Below, one piece after another: positions 37,073-45,655 of a stretch of 45,655 bases of DNA (position 1 is the first letter of the stretch; each line of letters opens with the position of its first letter). The notes below the pieces were generated by a model, which did no database searches, was not told the DNA's origin, and worked only from the letters and a program-made list of their open reading frames with translations. Where the stretch lies: contig CALVUG010000004.1 of the NCBI GenBank assembly GCA_944363535.1, positions 1 to 45,655 of the forward strand, in the 5' to 3' direction. Made by a program: the position numbers and the translations under genes. The stretch is from an uncultured Bacilli bacterium. GTDB lineage: Bacteria; Bacillota_I; Bacilli_A; RFN20; CAG-826.

Positions 37073-38527
37073 ATGAAAGCAAAAACTCTAATCTTAGTTC
37101 CATTACTTAGCATCGCTCTACTCAGTGGTTGTGATTCAGAACCTGAAGATATCACCGGTAGCGAATTCAATTATACTTACAATGCGGATACGCAAACGTA
37201 TTCCTTCACCGCTTATGGTGGAGATGAAGAATCGATTACGATCGAAGGTGAATATGATGATGGTACGAACGGTCTACATCCTGTCACCATCATTGAAACG
37301 TTCTGTCTAGAAGGCAATTCCGCTGTTAAGCATGTGACGGTAGAAGAAGGGGTCATCGACATCATGAGCGATGCCTTTACCGGTTCTTCTATCGAATCGA
37401 TTTCTTTACCTGCTTCCTTACTTAACATCGAGATGAATGCTTTTGCAAATTGTGCTTCTTTAAACGAAGTTACTTTCGCTCCTAATTCTTCTATTACCAT
37501 CGGTGATGGAGCGTTCCTTAACTGTACTTCTTTAGAAGAATTTGTTTATCCGTTCGTGGTTAATATGGAGGCTGGTTTATATTACACATCCATTCCAGCG
37601 AATGCTTTCTCTGGTTGTACTTCGTTAACGAGCTTTACTTTTAGCGATGCGATTATCGAGATTGGTGAAGCCGCTTTCTACAATTGTTCATCTTTAACTA
37701 ATCTTATTGGATTTAACACCAATACAACTTTAGTGAGTGTCGGAGCGCGTAGTTTTTATAATTGTACGAGCTTAACGCAAATTAATTTTGCTCCTAACAT
37801 TCAAACGATTGGCGCTTATGCTTTCTACAATTGTAATTCCTTAAGTAGCGCCATCTTACCTACAGCGTTAGGTTCAATTGGTGATTACGCTTTCGCTAAT
37901 AACGATGCGTTAAGCGTAGTGACATTAAACGCTAGTTTGATGGATATTGCTTCGACTGCTTTCTTAAACTTAAATTCTTTAGAAGCTTTTAGCATCGATG
38001 AAAATAACGCTCATTTCGCTGTCGTAGATGGCATCCTATATAACAAAGATTTAACTTCTCTCATCGCTGTTCCAGCTGGTAAGACAAGTTTAGATTTAAC
38101 TTCGTTATCATCTAGTATTAGCCAAATCGAAGAATATGCATTCTATGGTTCTTCATTAGAAGAAGTGGATTTAAGTATGCTCACCATCGAAGAAATTCCT
38201 TCTTCTTGTTTCGTAGGTAGCGCTATTAAAGAAGTTCAACTTCCTACAACGTTAAAAGTTATTGAAGAATATGCTTTCTATGGTTCTAGTCTTACTTCGT
38301 TAGATGCAAGTGCGATAGATATCGATACGATCGGGGCTTACGCTTTCGCTAATTTAAGTGCGCTAACTTCTTTAGCATTTGCTTCACCTAACTACGTTGG
38401 AAGTTATGCTTTTAGCGGTTTAACTTCTAATGTCACGCTTAGTTTTAATTGCGAAGAAGCCGTGAGCGAAAATTGGAGTTTAGATTGGAATGCCAATTCA
38501 GCTGCTCAAACGACTTTTAATGCTTAA
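37073..38527 (+). CDS. Lipoprotein with BspA-type leucine-rich repeats (LRR_5)
   Basis: AGGTG RBS; lipobox LSGC; repeated IGxxAFxNCxSLxxIxF/P units. Confidence 0.88.
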   Translation: MKAKTLILVPLLSIALLSGCDSEPEDITGSEFNYTYNADTQTYSFTAYGGDEESITIEGEYDDGTNGLHPVTIIETFCLEGNSAVKHVTVEEGVIDIMSDAFTGSSIESISLPASLLNIEMNAFANCASLNEVTFAPNSSITIGDGAFLNCTSLEEFVYPFVVNMEAGLYYTSIPANAFSGCTSLTSFTFSDAIIEIGEAAFYNCSSLTNLIGFNTNTTLVSVGARSFYNCTSLTQINFAPNIQTIGAYAFYNCNSLSSAILPTALGSIGDYAFANNDALSVVTLNASLMDIASTAFLNLNSLEAFSIDENNAHFAVVDGILYNKDLTSLIAVPAGKTSLDLTSLSSSISQIEEYAFYGSSLEEVDLSMLTIEEIPSSCFVGSAIKEVQLPTTLKVIEEYAFYGSSLTSLDASAIDIDTIGAYAFANLSALTSLAFASPNYVGSYAFSGLTSNVTLSFNCEEAVSENWSLDWNANSAAQTTFNA

Positions 38528-38533
38528 TTAAAT

Positions 38534-40087
38534 ATGAAATATTCTCGTCTTGGTTTCCTTTCTCTATCAATTCTATTCATCGCTTCGAGTGGTTGTCACG
38601 TTTTAGGTTTGGAAAGATTCGTCCCTTACGTTCGTCTATATTTTGATGAAGATAATTACGAAGAAGTAAGGGGAGAAGGTTACTATAAACCAGCGAGTTA
38701 TAGTTCTTTACCATATTACGATTGCTATTCTAATTCTTGGAAAGAAATTACGACTTACGATGAAATGTTCACTACGCGCACAAGCGCTTATTGGAGAACA
38801 TCTTTAATTAGCACGAACGAAAGCGATCAATCGCGGACGATGTTAGTCATTCCTATCAATTTTAAAGATGTGACTTTTTCTCAGTCTGGTCTTAGCAATG
38901 CCAAAGTGAAAACGAACTTACAAAATGCTTTCTTTGGGAAGAGCGAAGCGACGAGTTGGGAAAGCGTCGCAAGTTTTTATAATCGAACGAGTTATGGTAA
39001 GTTTTCTTTGACGGGTAAAGTAGCGGATCCTTTCACTCCAAGTAAAACTTACGAACAATTAAAAAGTTCTTCGCGAGCGGAAACGTATAATATCGCTAAA
39101 GAAGCAGTGGAAGATTATTTTGAAGAATTTCCACAAGATAAAGCCTACTTTGATCAAAATAACGATGGAAGAGTCGATGCTTTATATTTAATTTATTCAG
39201 CGGATGTGATAAATCCTGAAGAAGATGATGATTCTATCTTCTGGGCTTTTACGACTTTCCAAAATAGCGGGGATTTGATAGGAAATTTTTCTTGGACTAG
39301 TTACTTCCAATTAAATGAAAATATCGGTTACACTGACACGCACGTGCTCGTCCACGAAACTGGTCACCTTTTTGGTTTACCTGATTATTACAATACGAAT
39401 GATGGAAAAACGACTCCGACTGGTCGACTTGAGATGATGGATTACTCCATTGGTGATCATAGTGCGCTTACGAAGATTTTATTAAATTGGACGAGACCTT
39501 ACGTCGTCACCGGGAATGCGACGATGAAAATTAGACCATTAACGCAAAGTGGAGACGTCATCTTAATTCCTCATCCACGTGGTTGGAATGGTTCGATGTT
39601 CGATGAATATTTGTTAATTGAATATTACGCTCCGACGGGATTTAATTATCCTTCTTCTTACATATCTTTTGCTACTCCAAATGGTCAAATTGAAACGGCT
39701 TCTATGCCTAGACTTCCTGGCATTAAAATTTATCATGTCGATGCTTCTTTAGCTTACTTTCACGTCACCGGTGCGGGTTCGATGAATTTATTACACGCTT
39801 TAGATGATTCTTACGTTCCAAGCGATAATGCTTATTGGCTCGATTTGATGTACGATAACAATTCTTCTTCGCATCCGTTCTACCTTCTTTTAGAACATAA
39901 CGAATCGAATCGTTTCTTAAATGGTGGGGGAACATTCGATAATTCATCCTTATTTATCGAAGGTGATGACTTCGGTATTTCGACTTACGAAGATTTTACA
40001 TTTTACGATGGAAGTGCTCTTAATTTTACAATTTCTATCGAAGACATCAATAATTTTGACGCGACGATAAAAATAATGACAAAATAA
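38534..40087 (+). CDS. M6-like metalloprotease, probable lipoprotein
   Basis: Signal ending SSGC; WESVASFYNRTSYGKFSLTG; HETGHLFGLPDYY; EMMDYSIGDH; EYLLIEYYAPTG. Confidence 0.82.
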   Translation: MKYSRLGFLSLSILFIASSGCHVLGLERFVPYVRLYFDEDNYEEVRGEGYYKPASYSSLPYYDCYSNSWKEITTYDEMFTTRTSAYWRTSLISTNESDQSRTMLVIPINFKDVTFSQSGLSNAKVKTNLQNAFFGKSEATSWESVASFYNRTSYGKFSLTGKVADPFTPSKTYEQLKSSSRAETYNIAKEAVEDYFEEFPQDKAYFDQNNDGRVDALYLIYSADVINPEEDDDSIFWAFTTFQNSGDLIGNFSWTSYFQLNENIGYTDTHVLVHETGHLFGLPDYYNTNDGKTTPTGRLEMMDYSIGDHSALTKILLNWTRPYVVTGNATMKIRPLTQSGDVILIPHPRGWNGSMFDEYLLIEYYAPTGFNYPSSYISFATPNGQIETASMPRLPGIKIYHVDASLAYFHVTGAGSMNLLHALDDSYVPSDNAYWLDLMYDNNSSSHPFYLLLEHNESNRFLNGGGTFDNSSLFIEGDDFGISTYEDFTFYDGSALNFTISIEDINNFDATIKIMTK

Positions 40088-40136
40088 AATATTATTTTGC
40101 TTGTATCTCGATAAAAAAACTTATAAAGTTTAAGGC

Positions 40137-40862
40137 ATGAAATTAGCCAAACTTGAACACGCAAATTATTCACTAGCCCAAGAACTCTGGAACTCGATTA
40201 GTCACGGTCTTGGGGCGCTTTTTGGTATCGTCGTCCTCATCTTAACTTTGCTTAAGATTAATGGGGTCTATCCTTATACGCCTTCCATTAGTTATGATAC
40301 GAGTTACATCGTCAAAACTATCACTTCTATTTTTTATAGCGTTTCCATCATCGTCTGCATGAGCATTTCTTGCGTCTATCACGCGCTTAAGAAAAATAAA
40401 GGTAAAAAAGTTATGCGCATCATCGATCATGCGATGATCTATCTACTTGTAGCGGGAAGTTATGCACCTTTTTGTTTGGTGGGGATGATCGAACATGAAG
40501 CAAAGTTATGGAATATTCCTAACACATGGTGGAGTGGTTATTTAATTTTTGCGATCAGTTACACTTGCCTTATCATCGGCGTTACGTTCTCTAGCATCAA
40601 CATGGTGAAATTTGAAATTTTATCGATGGTGATGTATCTCGTCGGTGGGGGAGCAATCATCTTAAACATTACTGGCATTTATCAAGCCCTAGGTTTAAAT
40701 GGTTTTCTTTTCTTAGTGTTCGGTGGAGTTTCTTTCTTCATCGGGGCGGCTTTATACGGCGTTGGGAAACGCCAATCGCTTTGGTGGCATACCGTCTTTC
40801 ATTTCTTCATCTTAGCGGGCATCATCTTACATTTTTTAAGCATCTATCTTTACGTCCTTTGA
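40137..40862 (+). CDS. Hemolysin-III/PAQR family membrane protein
   Basis: ELWNSISHG, SCVYHA, RIIDHAMIYLLVAGSYAPF, HTVFHFFILAG. Confidence 0.9.
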   Translation: MKLAKLEHANYSLAQELWNSISHGLGALFGIVVLILTLLKINGVYPYTPSISYDTSYIVKTITSIFYSVSIIVCMSISCVYHALKKNKGKKVMRIIDHAMIYLLVAGSYAPFCLVGMIEHEAKLWNIPNTWWSGYLIFAISYTCLIIGVTFSSINMVKFEILSMVMYLVGGGAIILNITGIYQALGLNGFLFLVFGGVSFFIGAALYGVGKRQSLWWHTVFHFFILAGIILHFLSIYLYVL

Positions 40863-41032
40863 TCGCTATTTATTTATAAATATATTTTGACAATTTTCTC
40901 TTGCAACATCTTTGACCTTAGTGTAACATAACAATCGGCGTGTCCGATAAGGGTGCGAACCTTTTTTAAAAGGGGTCATTGATACACCCGGTATTGTGTA
41001 CACGAAACGGAAAGGTTGAAAGGAAAAGAAAT

Positions 41033-41452
41033 ATGCCTACAATTAATCAATTAGTAAGACATTCCCGTAGCAAAGTCACCGGGAAGTCCAAAGCGCCGGC
41101 ATTGAATAAGCGTTGGAACTCGCTTAAGAAGAAAGAATTAAGTCAAAATGCGGCGCAGAAAAGAGGGGTTTGCACTCGTGTCGGTGTCATGACTCCGAAA
41201 AAACCGAACTCCGCTATGCGTAAGTACGCTCGTGTGAGATTATCGAATGGTTACGAAGTGACCGCTTACATCGGCGGCGAAGGTCATAACTTACAAGACC
41301 ACTCCACCGTCATGATTCGTGGCGGTCGTGTCAAAGATTTACCAGGTGTGCGTTATCACATCATTCGTGGTACCTTAGACTGCGCTGGTATCGAAGCCCG
41401 TCGTCAAGGTCGTAGTCTTTATGGCACGAAGAAACCAAAAGAGAATAATTAA
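41033..41452 (+). CDS. rpsL: 30S ribosomal protein S12
   Basis: MPTINQLVR start at 41033; [18 protein letters not shown]. Confidence 0.98.
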   Translation: MPTINQLVRHSRSKVTGKSKAPALNKRWNSLKKKELSQNAAQKRGVCTRVGVMTPKKPNSAMRKYARVRLSNGYEVTAYIGGEGHNLQDHSTVMIRGGRVKDLPGVRYHIIRGTLDCAGIEARRQGRSLYGTKKPKENN

Positions 41453-41472
41453 TGGGAAGGAGAATATGATTT

Positions 41473-41943
41473 ATGCCAAGAAAAGGTAGCGTATCTAAAA
41501 GGGATGTTTTACCAGATCCCGTATACCATTCAAAACTTGTGACTCGTCTCATCAATCGTCTCATGGTCGACGGTAAGAAAGGCACGGCTCAAACGATCTT
41601 ATACGAAGCATTTAAGAAAGTGGAAGAAAAAACTGGTAAGCCAGCGATGGACGTCTTTGCGACGGCTATCAATAACATCATGCCGACAGTAGAACTCAAG
41701 GCTAGACGTATCGGTGCGACGAATTATCAAGTTCCAATCGAAGTATCGAGCGAACGTAAAGTAACTTTAGGTCTTAGATGGCTCGTCTCTTATTCGCGTT
41801 TAAGAAATGAGAAGTCGATGGATGATCGCTTAGCGAACGAAATTATCGACGCCGCGAATGGTACAGGTGCTTCCGTCAAGAAAAGAGAAGATACGACGAG
41901 GATGGCTGAAGCGAACAAAGCTTACGCTCATTACCGTTGGTAA
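41473..41943 (+). CDS. rpsG: 30S ribosomal protein S7
   Basis: [29 protein letters not shown]. Confidence 0.98.
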   Translation: MPRKGSVSKRDVLPDPVYHSKLVTRLINRLMVDGKKGTAQTILYEAFKKVEEKTGKPAMDVFATAINNIMPTVELKARRIGATNYQVPIEVSSERKVTLGLRWLVSYSRLRNEKSMDDRLANEIIDAANGTGASVKKREDTTRMAEANKAYAHYRW

Positions 41944-41961
41944 GGCGCGGGAGTGTAATTT

Positions 41962-44040
41962 ATGGCTCGTGAATACGATTTAAAACATACGCGTAACATC
42001 GGTATCATGGCCCACATCGATGCCGGTAAGACGACGACGACCGAACGTATCTTATTCTACACTGGTAAGATTCATAAGATTGGCGAAGTCCACGAAGGCG
42101 AAGCGACGATGGACTGGATGGTCCAAGAGCAAGAAAGAGGTATCACTATTACCTCCGCGGCGACGACGACTTTCTGGAATGGCCATCGTATCAACATCAT
42201 CGACACGCCTGGGCACGTCGACTTCACGGTCGAAGTGGAAAGATCGCTTCGTGTCCTCGATGGTGCGGTGACGGTCTTAGATGGTAAAAATGGTGTCGAA
42301 CCTCAGACGGAAACCGTCTGGAGACAAGGTTCAAAATATGGGGTACCGCGTATCGTCTTCGTCAATAAATTAGATGCGACTGGGGCGGATTTCGACATGT
42401 GCGTCGAAACGCTTCACTCTCGTCTTGCGGCGAATGCTTGCGCCGTACAATACCCGATTGGTATCGAATCCAACTTCAAAGGGATCATCGATATCATCAA
42501 ACGTGAAGCTTGGTTATATAATTCAAAAGATATAACCGCTCTTCCGACAAAAATTGATATTCCTGAAGAATATAAGGATAAAGTCGAACAATTACATCAA
42601 AAGTTAATTGAGGCTTTAGCCGCCTTCGATGATGACTTCATGCTCAAAGTATTGGAGGGTGAAGATCCGAGCGTCGAAGAAATTAAATCGATCATCCGTA
42701 AAGCTGTTTTAACCGGTGAATTCTTCCCAGTCTTCTGCGGTTCAGCTTACAAAGATAAAGGTATTAGATTACTCATGGATGGTGTCATCGAATACCTTCC
42801 AAGCCCGCTTGACATCGCTCCTCAAAAAGGGACGGATGAAAAGGGTAATGAAGTGAGTTGTCCTCCGGACGATAACGCGCCTCTTGCGGCTCTAGCCTTC
42901 AAGATTGCGACCGATCCATTCGTCGGACGTCTTGCTTACGTAAGAATCTATAGCGGGATGATGAACAGTGGTTCTTACGTCTTAAATTCGACGCGTGGAG
43001 TCAAAGAAAGAGTTGGACGTCTCGTCCTAATGCATTCTAACCACCGTCAAGAAGTACCTTGTCTTTATAGCGGTGATATCGGCGCGGTCGTCGGCTTTAA
43101 AAATACGACGACTGGCGACACATTGTGCGATGAAAGAAAAATCATCGTCTTAGAACAGATGGTCTTCCCTGAACCTGTCATCGAAGAAGCGGTGGAACCG
43201 AAGACGAAAGCTGATCAAGAGAAGATGAACATCGCCTTATTAAAACTCGCCGAAGAAGATCCGACGTTCAAAGTTCACACCAATGCGGAAACAGGTCAAA
43301 TGATCATCGCTGGTGTCGGTGAATTACATCTCGACATCATCGTCGATCGTCTCCGCCGTGAATTTAACGTCCAAGTCAACGTCGGCGCCCCACAAGTGGG
43401 CTATAGAGAAACGATCAAAGCGAGTGGGGAGTGCGAAGGTAAATACATTCGTCAATCCGGTGGTCGTGGTCAATATGGCCACGTTTGGATTCGCTTTGAA
43501 CCTAACCCAGGCAAAGGCTTCGAATTCGTCGACGCCGTCGTCGGTGGCGCAGTGCCGAAAGAATATATCAAGCCGACGTGCGATGGCTTAAAGGATGCGT
43601 GCGAACGTGGTTTAGTCGCTGGCTATCCTGTCATCGACATCAAGGCGACTTTATTCGATGGTTCCTATCACGATGTCGACTCTTCGGAAGCTGCTTACAA
43701 AATCGCGGCATCGATGGCGCTTAAAGAAGCCGCTAAGAAATGTCAACCGGTCATCTTAGAACCGATCATGAAAGTGGAAGTGACGGTCCCCGAACAATAT
43801 TACGGTGACGTCATCGGCGACATCTCTCGTCGTCGTGGTCAGATGACAGGCGAATCTCAACGCGGTAACGCTAAGATCGTCGAAGCAGACGTACCACTAG
43901 CAGAAATGTTTGGCTACGTCACAGATTTACGTTCCTTCACGCAAGGACGTGGTAACTACACTATGCAATTTGATCACTATGGTGAATGCCCACGTCACGT
44001 CACTGAAGCGATCATCAAGAAAGCCACTGGTGGGAAGTAA
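41962..44040 (+). CDS. fusA: Elongation factor G
   Basis: [41 protein letters not shown]. Confidence 0.98.
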   Translation: MAREYDLKHTRNIGIMAHIDAGKTTTTERILFYTGKIHKIGEVHEGEATMDWMVQEQERGITITSAATTTFWNGHRINIIDTPGHVDFTVEVERSLRVLDGAVTVLDGKNGVEPQTETVWRQGSKYGVPRIVFVNKLDATGADFDMCVETLHSRLAANACAVQYPIGIESNFKGIIDIIKREAWLYNSKDITALPTKIDIPEEYKDKVEQLHQKLIEALAAFDDDFMLKVLEGEDPSVEEIKSIIRKAVLTGEFFPVFCGSAYKDKGIRLLMDGVIEYLPSPLDIAPQKGTDEKGNEVSCPPDDNAPLAALAFKIATDPFVGRLAYVRIYSGMMNSGSYVLNSTRGVKERVGRLVLMHSNHRQEVPCLYSGDIGAVVGFKNTTTGDTLCDERKIIVLEQMVFPEPVIEEAVEPKTKADQEKMNIALLKLAEEDPTFKVHTNAETGQMIIAGVGELHLDIIVDRLRREFNVQVNVGAPQVGYRETIKASGECEGKYIRQSGGRGQYGHVWIRFEPNPGKGFEFVDAVVGGAVPKEYIKPTCDGLKDACERGLVAGYPVIDIKATLFDGSYHDVDSSEAAYKIAASMALKEAAKKCQPVILEPIMKVEVTVPEQYYGDVIGDISRRRGQMTGESQRGNAKIVEADVPLAEMFGYVTDLRSFTQGRGNYTMQFDHYGECPRHVTEAIIKKATGGK

Positions 44041-44051
44041 TATCTAGGATA

Positions 44052-44080
44052 TTGCTTTAAAACGAAAAATAGGCTACAAT
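44052..44080 (+). promoter_or_regulatory. Internal tuf promoter
   Basis: TTGCTT-N17-TACAAT in the fusA-tuf gap. Confidence 0.55.
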
Positions 44081-44130
44081 TTAGGAACTGGATTGTTTCT
44101 TAAAACTGAATTCAAGGAGGCTATACAAAA

Positions 44131-45315
44131 ATGGCAAAACAAAAATTTGAAAGAAATAAGACTCACGTTAACATTGGTACGATCGGTCACGTCGACCACG
44201 GTAAAACCACCCTTACCGCGGCTATCACGACCGTCTTAGCCAAACAAGGTGGGGCCAAGAAAACTGGTTACGACCAAATTGACGCTGCCCCAGAAGAAAA
44301 ACAACGCGGTATCACGATTAACACTGCGCACATCGAATACGAAACCGCGAAGCGTCACTACGCTCACGTCGACTGCCCAGGGCACGCTGACTATGTCAAA
44401 AACATGATTACCGGTGCGGCTCAAATGGATGGTGCAATCCTTGTCGTCGCTGGCACTGATGGCGTCATGCCACAAACTCGTGAACACATCTTACTTGCTC
44501 GTCAAGTTGGTGTTCCTTACATCGTCGTCTTCATCAACAAGACCGACTTAGTGGATGATCCTGAATTATTAGACATCGTCGAAATGGATGTCCGTGAATT
44601 ACTTACAAGCTACGGCTTCCCAGGCGATGAAGTACCTGTCATCCGTGGTTCCGCGCGTGATGCACTCGATGAAAAACCCGGTGCGGATAAAGCGATCCTC
44701 GAACTTATGGATGCTGTCGATAACTACATTCCTGATCCTGTCCGTGACCTCGATAAGCCTTTCTTACTTGCTATCGAAGACGTCCTCACCATCACTGGTC
44801 GTGGCACCGTCGTCACAGGCCGTGTCGAACGTGGTACGTTAAAACTTAATGACGAAGTCGAAATCGTCGGTATCAAACCAACCCAAAAGACTGTCGTTAC
44901 CGGTATCGAAATGTTCCGTAAACTTCTCGATTCCGCGATGAGTGGCGATAACGTCGGCTGCTTATTACGTGGTATCACCCGTGATCAAGTCGTCCGTGGC
45001 CAAGTTCTTGCTAAACCTGGTACCGTTACTCCACATACCAAATTCAAAGCTAGCGTCTACGTCTTAACGAAGGATGAAGGTGGCCGTCACACAGCATTCT
45101 TAAGCAACTACCGTCCACAATTTTACTTCCGTACGACTGACATCACCGGTGTCATCACTCTTCCACAAGGTGTCGACATGGTCATGCCAGGTGATAACGT
45201 CGAATTAACCGTCGAACTTATCCACCCAGTCGCTATCGAAAAAGGTACGAAATTCTCCATCCGTGAAGGTGGTCGTACCGTCGGTGCTGGTACCGTCAAC
45301 GAAATCTTAAAATAA
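44131..45315 (+). CDS. tuf: Elongation factor Tu
   Basis: [41 protein letters not shown]. Confidence 0.99.
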   Translation: MAKQKFERNKTHVNIGTIGHVDHGKTTLTAAITTVLAKQGGAKKTGYDQIDAAPEEKQRGITINTAHIEYETAKRHYAHVDCPGHADYVKNMITGAAQMDGAILVVAGTDGVMPQTREHILLARQVGVPYIVVFINKTDLVDDPELLDIVEMDVRELLTSYGFPGDEVPVIRGSARDALDEKPGADKAILELMDAVDNYIPDPVRDLDKPFLLAIEDVLTITGRGTVVTGRVERGTLKLNDEVEIVGIKPTQKTVVTGIEMFRKLLDSAMSGDNVGCLLRGITRDQVVRGQVLAKPGTVTPHTKFKASVYVLTKDEGGRHTAFLSNYRPQFYFRTTDITGVITLPQGVDMVMPGDNVELTVELIHPVAIEKGTKFSIREGGRTVGAGTVNEILK

Positions 45316-45338
45316 TTAAGATAATCTACGTTTAATGT

Positions 45339-45365
45339 AAGCTCTCCTTCGGGAGGGCTTTTTTT
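45339..45365 (+). terminator. Intrinsic terminator after tuf
   Basis: AAGCTCTCC-TTCG-GGAGGGCTT followed by TTTTT (C-UUCG-G tetraloop). Confidence 0.9.
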
Positions 45366-45413
45366 GATTTACTTCCTATCTATAAAGAAATACTTTATAA
45401 TAAGCAAAGAATT

Positions 45414-45655
45414 ATGAAGAAAAAAGTATCGAATACGAAAGAAAAATATGAGAAAGAAAACGTCTTTAGCGACGTCACTCAAGCGAAGACTTTGACGCGC
45501 TTTTTAGCGTTCGTTTCCGATTTCGTCATCTTGATCGTCTTCGGGGTCATCCTCTATACGATCGCTTTTCCTATCGCGGCTTCGATTACTAATCTCGATG
45601 GTAAAGAAATTGAAATTCAAGATAGACAAAGTGAGATGCTTCAAATTTCTAAAGA
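45414..45655 (+). CDS. Partial RDD-family membrane protein (runs off the window)
   Basis: Hand translation MKKKVSNTKEKYEKENVFSDVTQAKTLTRFLAFVSDFVILIVFGVILY...; AxxxxRxxAxxxD plus TM pattern; open to the window end. Confidence 0.6.
   Translation, partial: MKKKVSNTKEKYEKENVFSDVTQAKTLTRFLAFVSDFVILIVFGVILYTIAFPIAASITNLDGKEIEIQDRQSEMLQISK

Noticed and set aside
38130-38290. Repeated IEEYAFYGSSL DNA segments
   Set aside because: Ordinary LRR unit similarity, not a CRISPR or VNTR array.
1604-40862. Apparent hemolysin or virulence theme (YidD Haemolytic domain, CNNM hemolysin family, hemolysin III)
   Set aside because: These are legacy family names. The established functions are membrane insertion, Mg transport and PAQR membrane homeostasis; no pore-forming toxin is visible.
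41033-41452. Streptomycin-resistance substitutions in S12
   Set aside because: Both key lysines (TPKKPNS, RVKDLP) are wild type.
502-44978. All minus-strand and alternate-frame ORFs in the track (e.g. 2703-3044, 21726-22103, 27335-27682, 32095-32448)
   Set aside because: They lie wholly inside well-supported + strand genes, are Ser-rich shadows of biased codon usage, and have no RBS or recognisable motif.
1-45655. CRISPR array, tRNA/rRNA, IS elements, integrase, prophage genes
   Set aside because: I saw no regularly spaced repeats, tRNA T-loop motifs, transposase or recombinase motifs, or phage structural genes; tRNAscan/ISEScan were not run.

Overview
45.7 kb of chromosomal DNA from a low-GC, anaerobic, Mollicutes-related Bacilli lineage. 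It has a Mycoplasma-style L11 N-terminus and an RpoB with the H526N-equivalent, but uses standard code 11 (TGA = stop, Trp = TGG). An RF39/RFN20/Acholeplasma-like uncultured gut organism is my inference, not a database result. All credible genes are on the + strand. From left to right: (1) 323-5912, an 8-gene accessory membrane operon (Zn-ribbon+TPR, conserved hypothetical, TM-fused YidD-like, YdjI-type SPFH+SHOCT, 4TM+helical protein, two tandem-duplicated membrane paralogs, FN3-like surface protein). Its sigma70-type promoter carries a G10 tract in the -35/-10 spacer, a candidate phase-variation switch. This operon is the best candidate for an undescribed system in the window. (2) 6102-15012, a redox block: preT-preA, a second PreT/GltD paralog with an NADPH-type motif, a trimeric HydCBA [FeFe]-hydrogenase with bifurcating-type motifs, and a HAD hydrolase. 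(3) 15051-45315, the conserved cysS-rlmB-sigH-rpmG-secE-nusG-rplKAJL-rpoBC-rpsLG-fusA-tuf supercluster. It is interrupted by mgtC, by an SmtB/CzrA repressor plus P1B-2 ATPase with two operator boxes, and by an 8.4 kb insert (two M6-like metalloprotease lipoproteins, two CNNM/CorC paralogs, a BspA-type LRR lipoprotein, a hemolysin-III/PAQR protein). (4) A partial RDD-family gene at the right edge. I saw no tRNA, rRNA, CRISPR array, integrase or transposase. All family assignments are by motif recognition without database searches.
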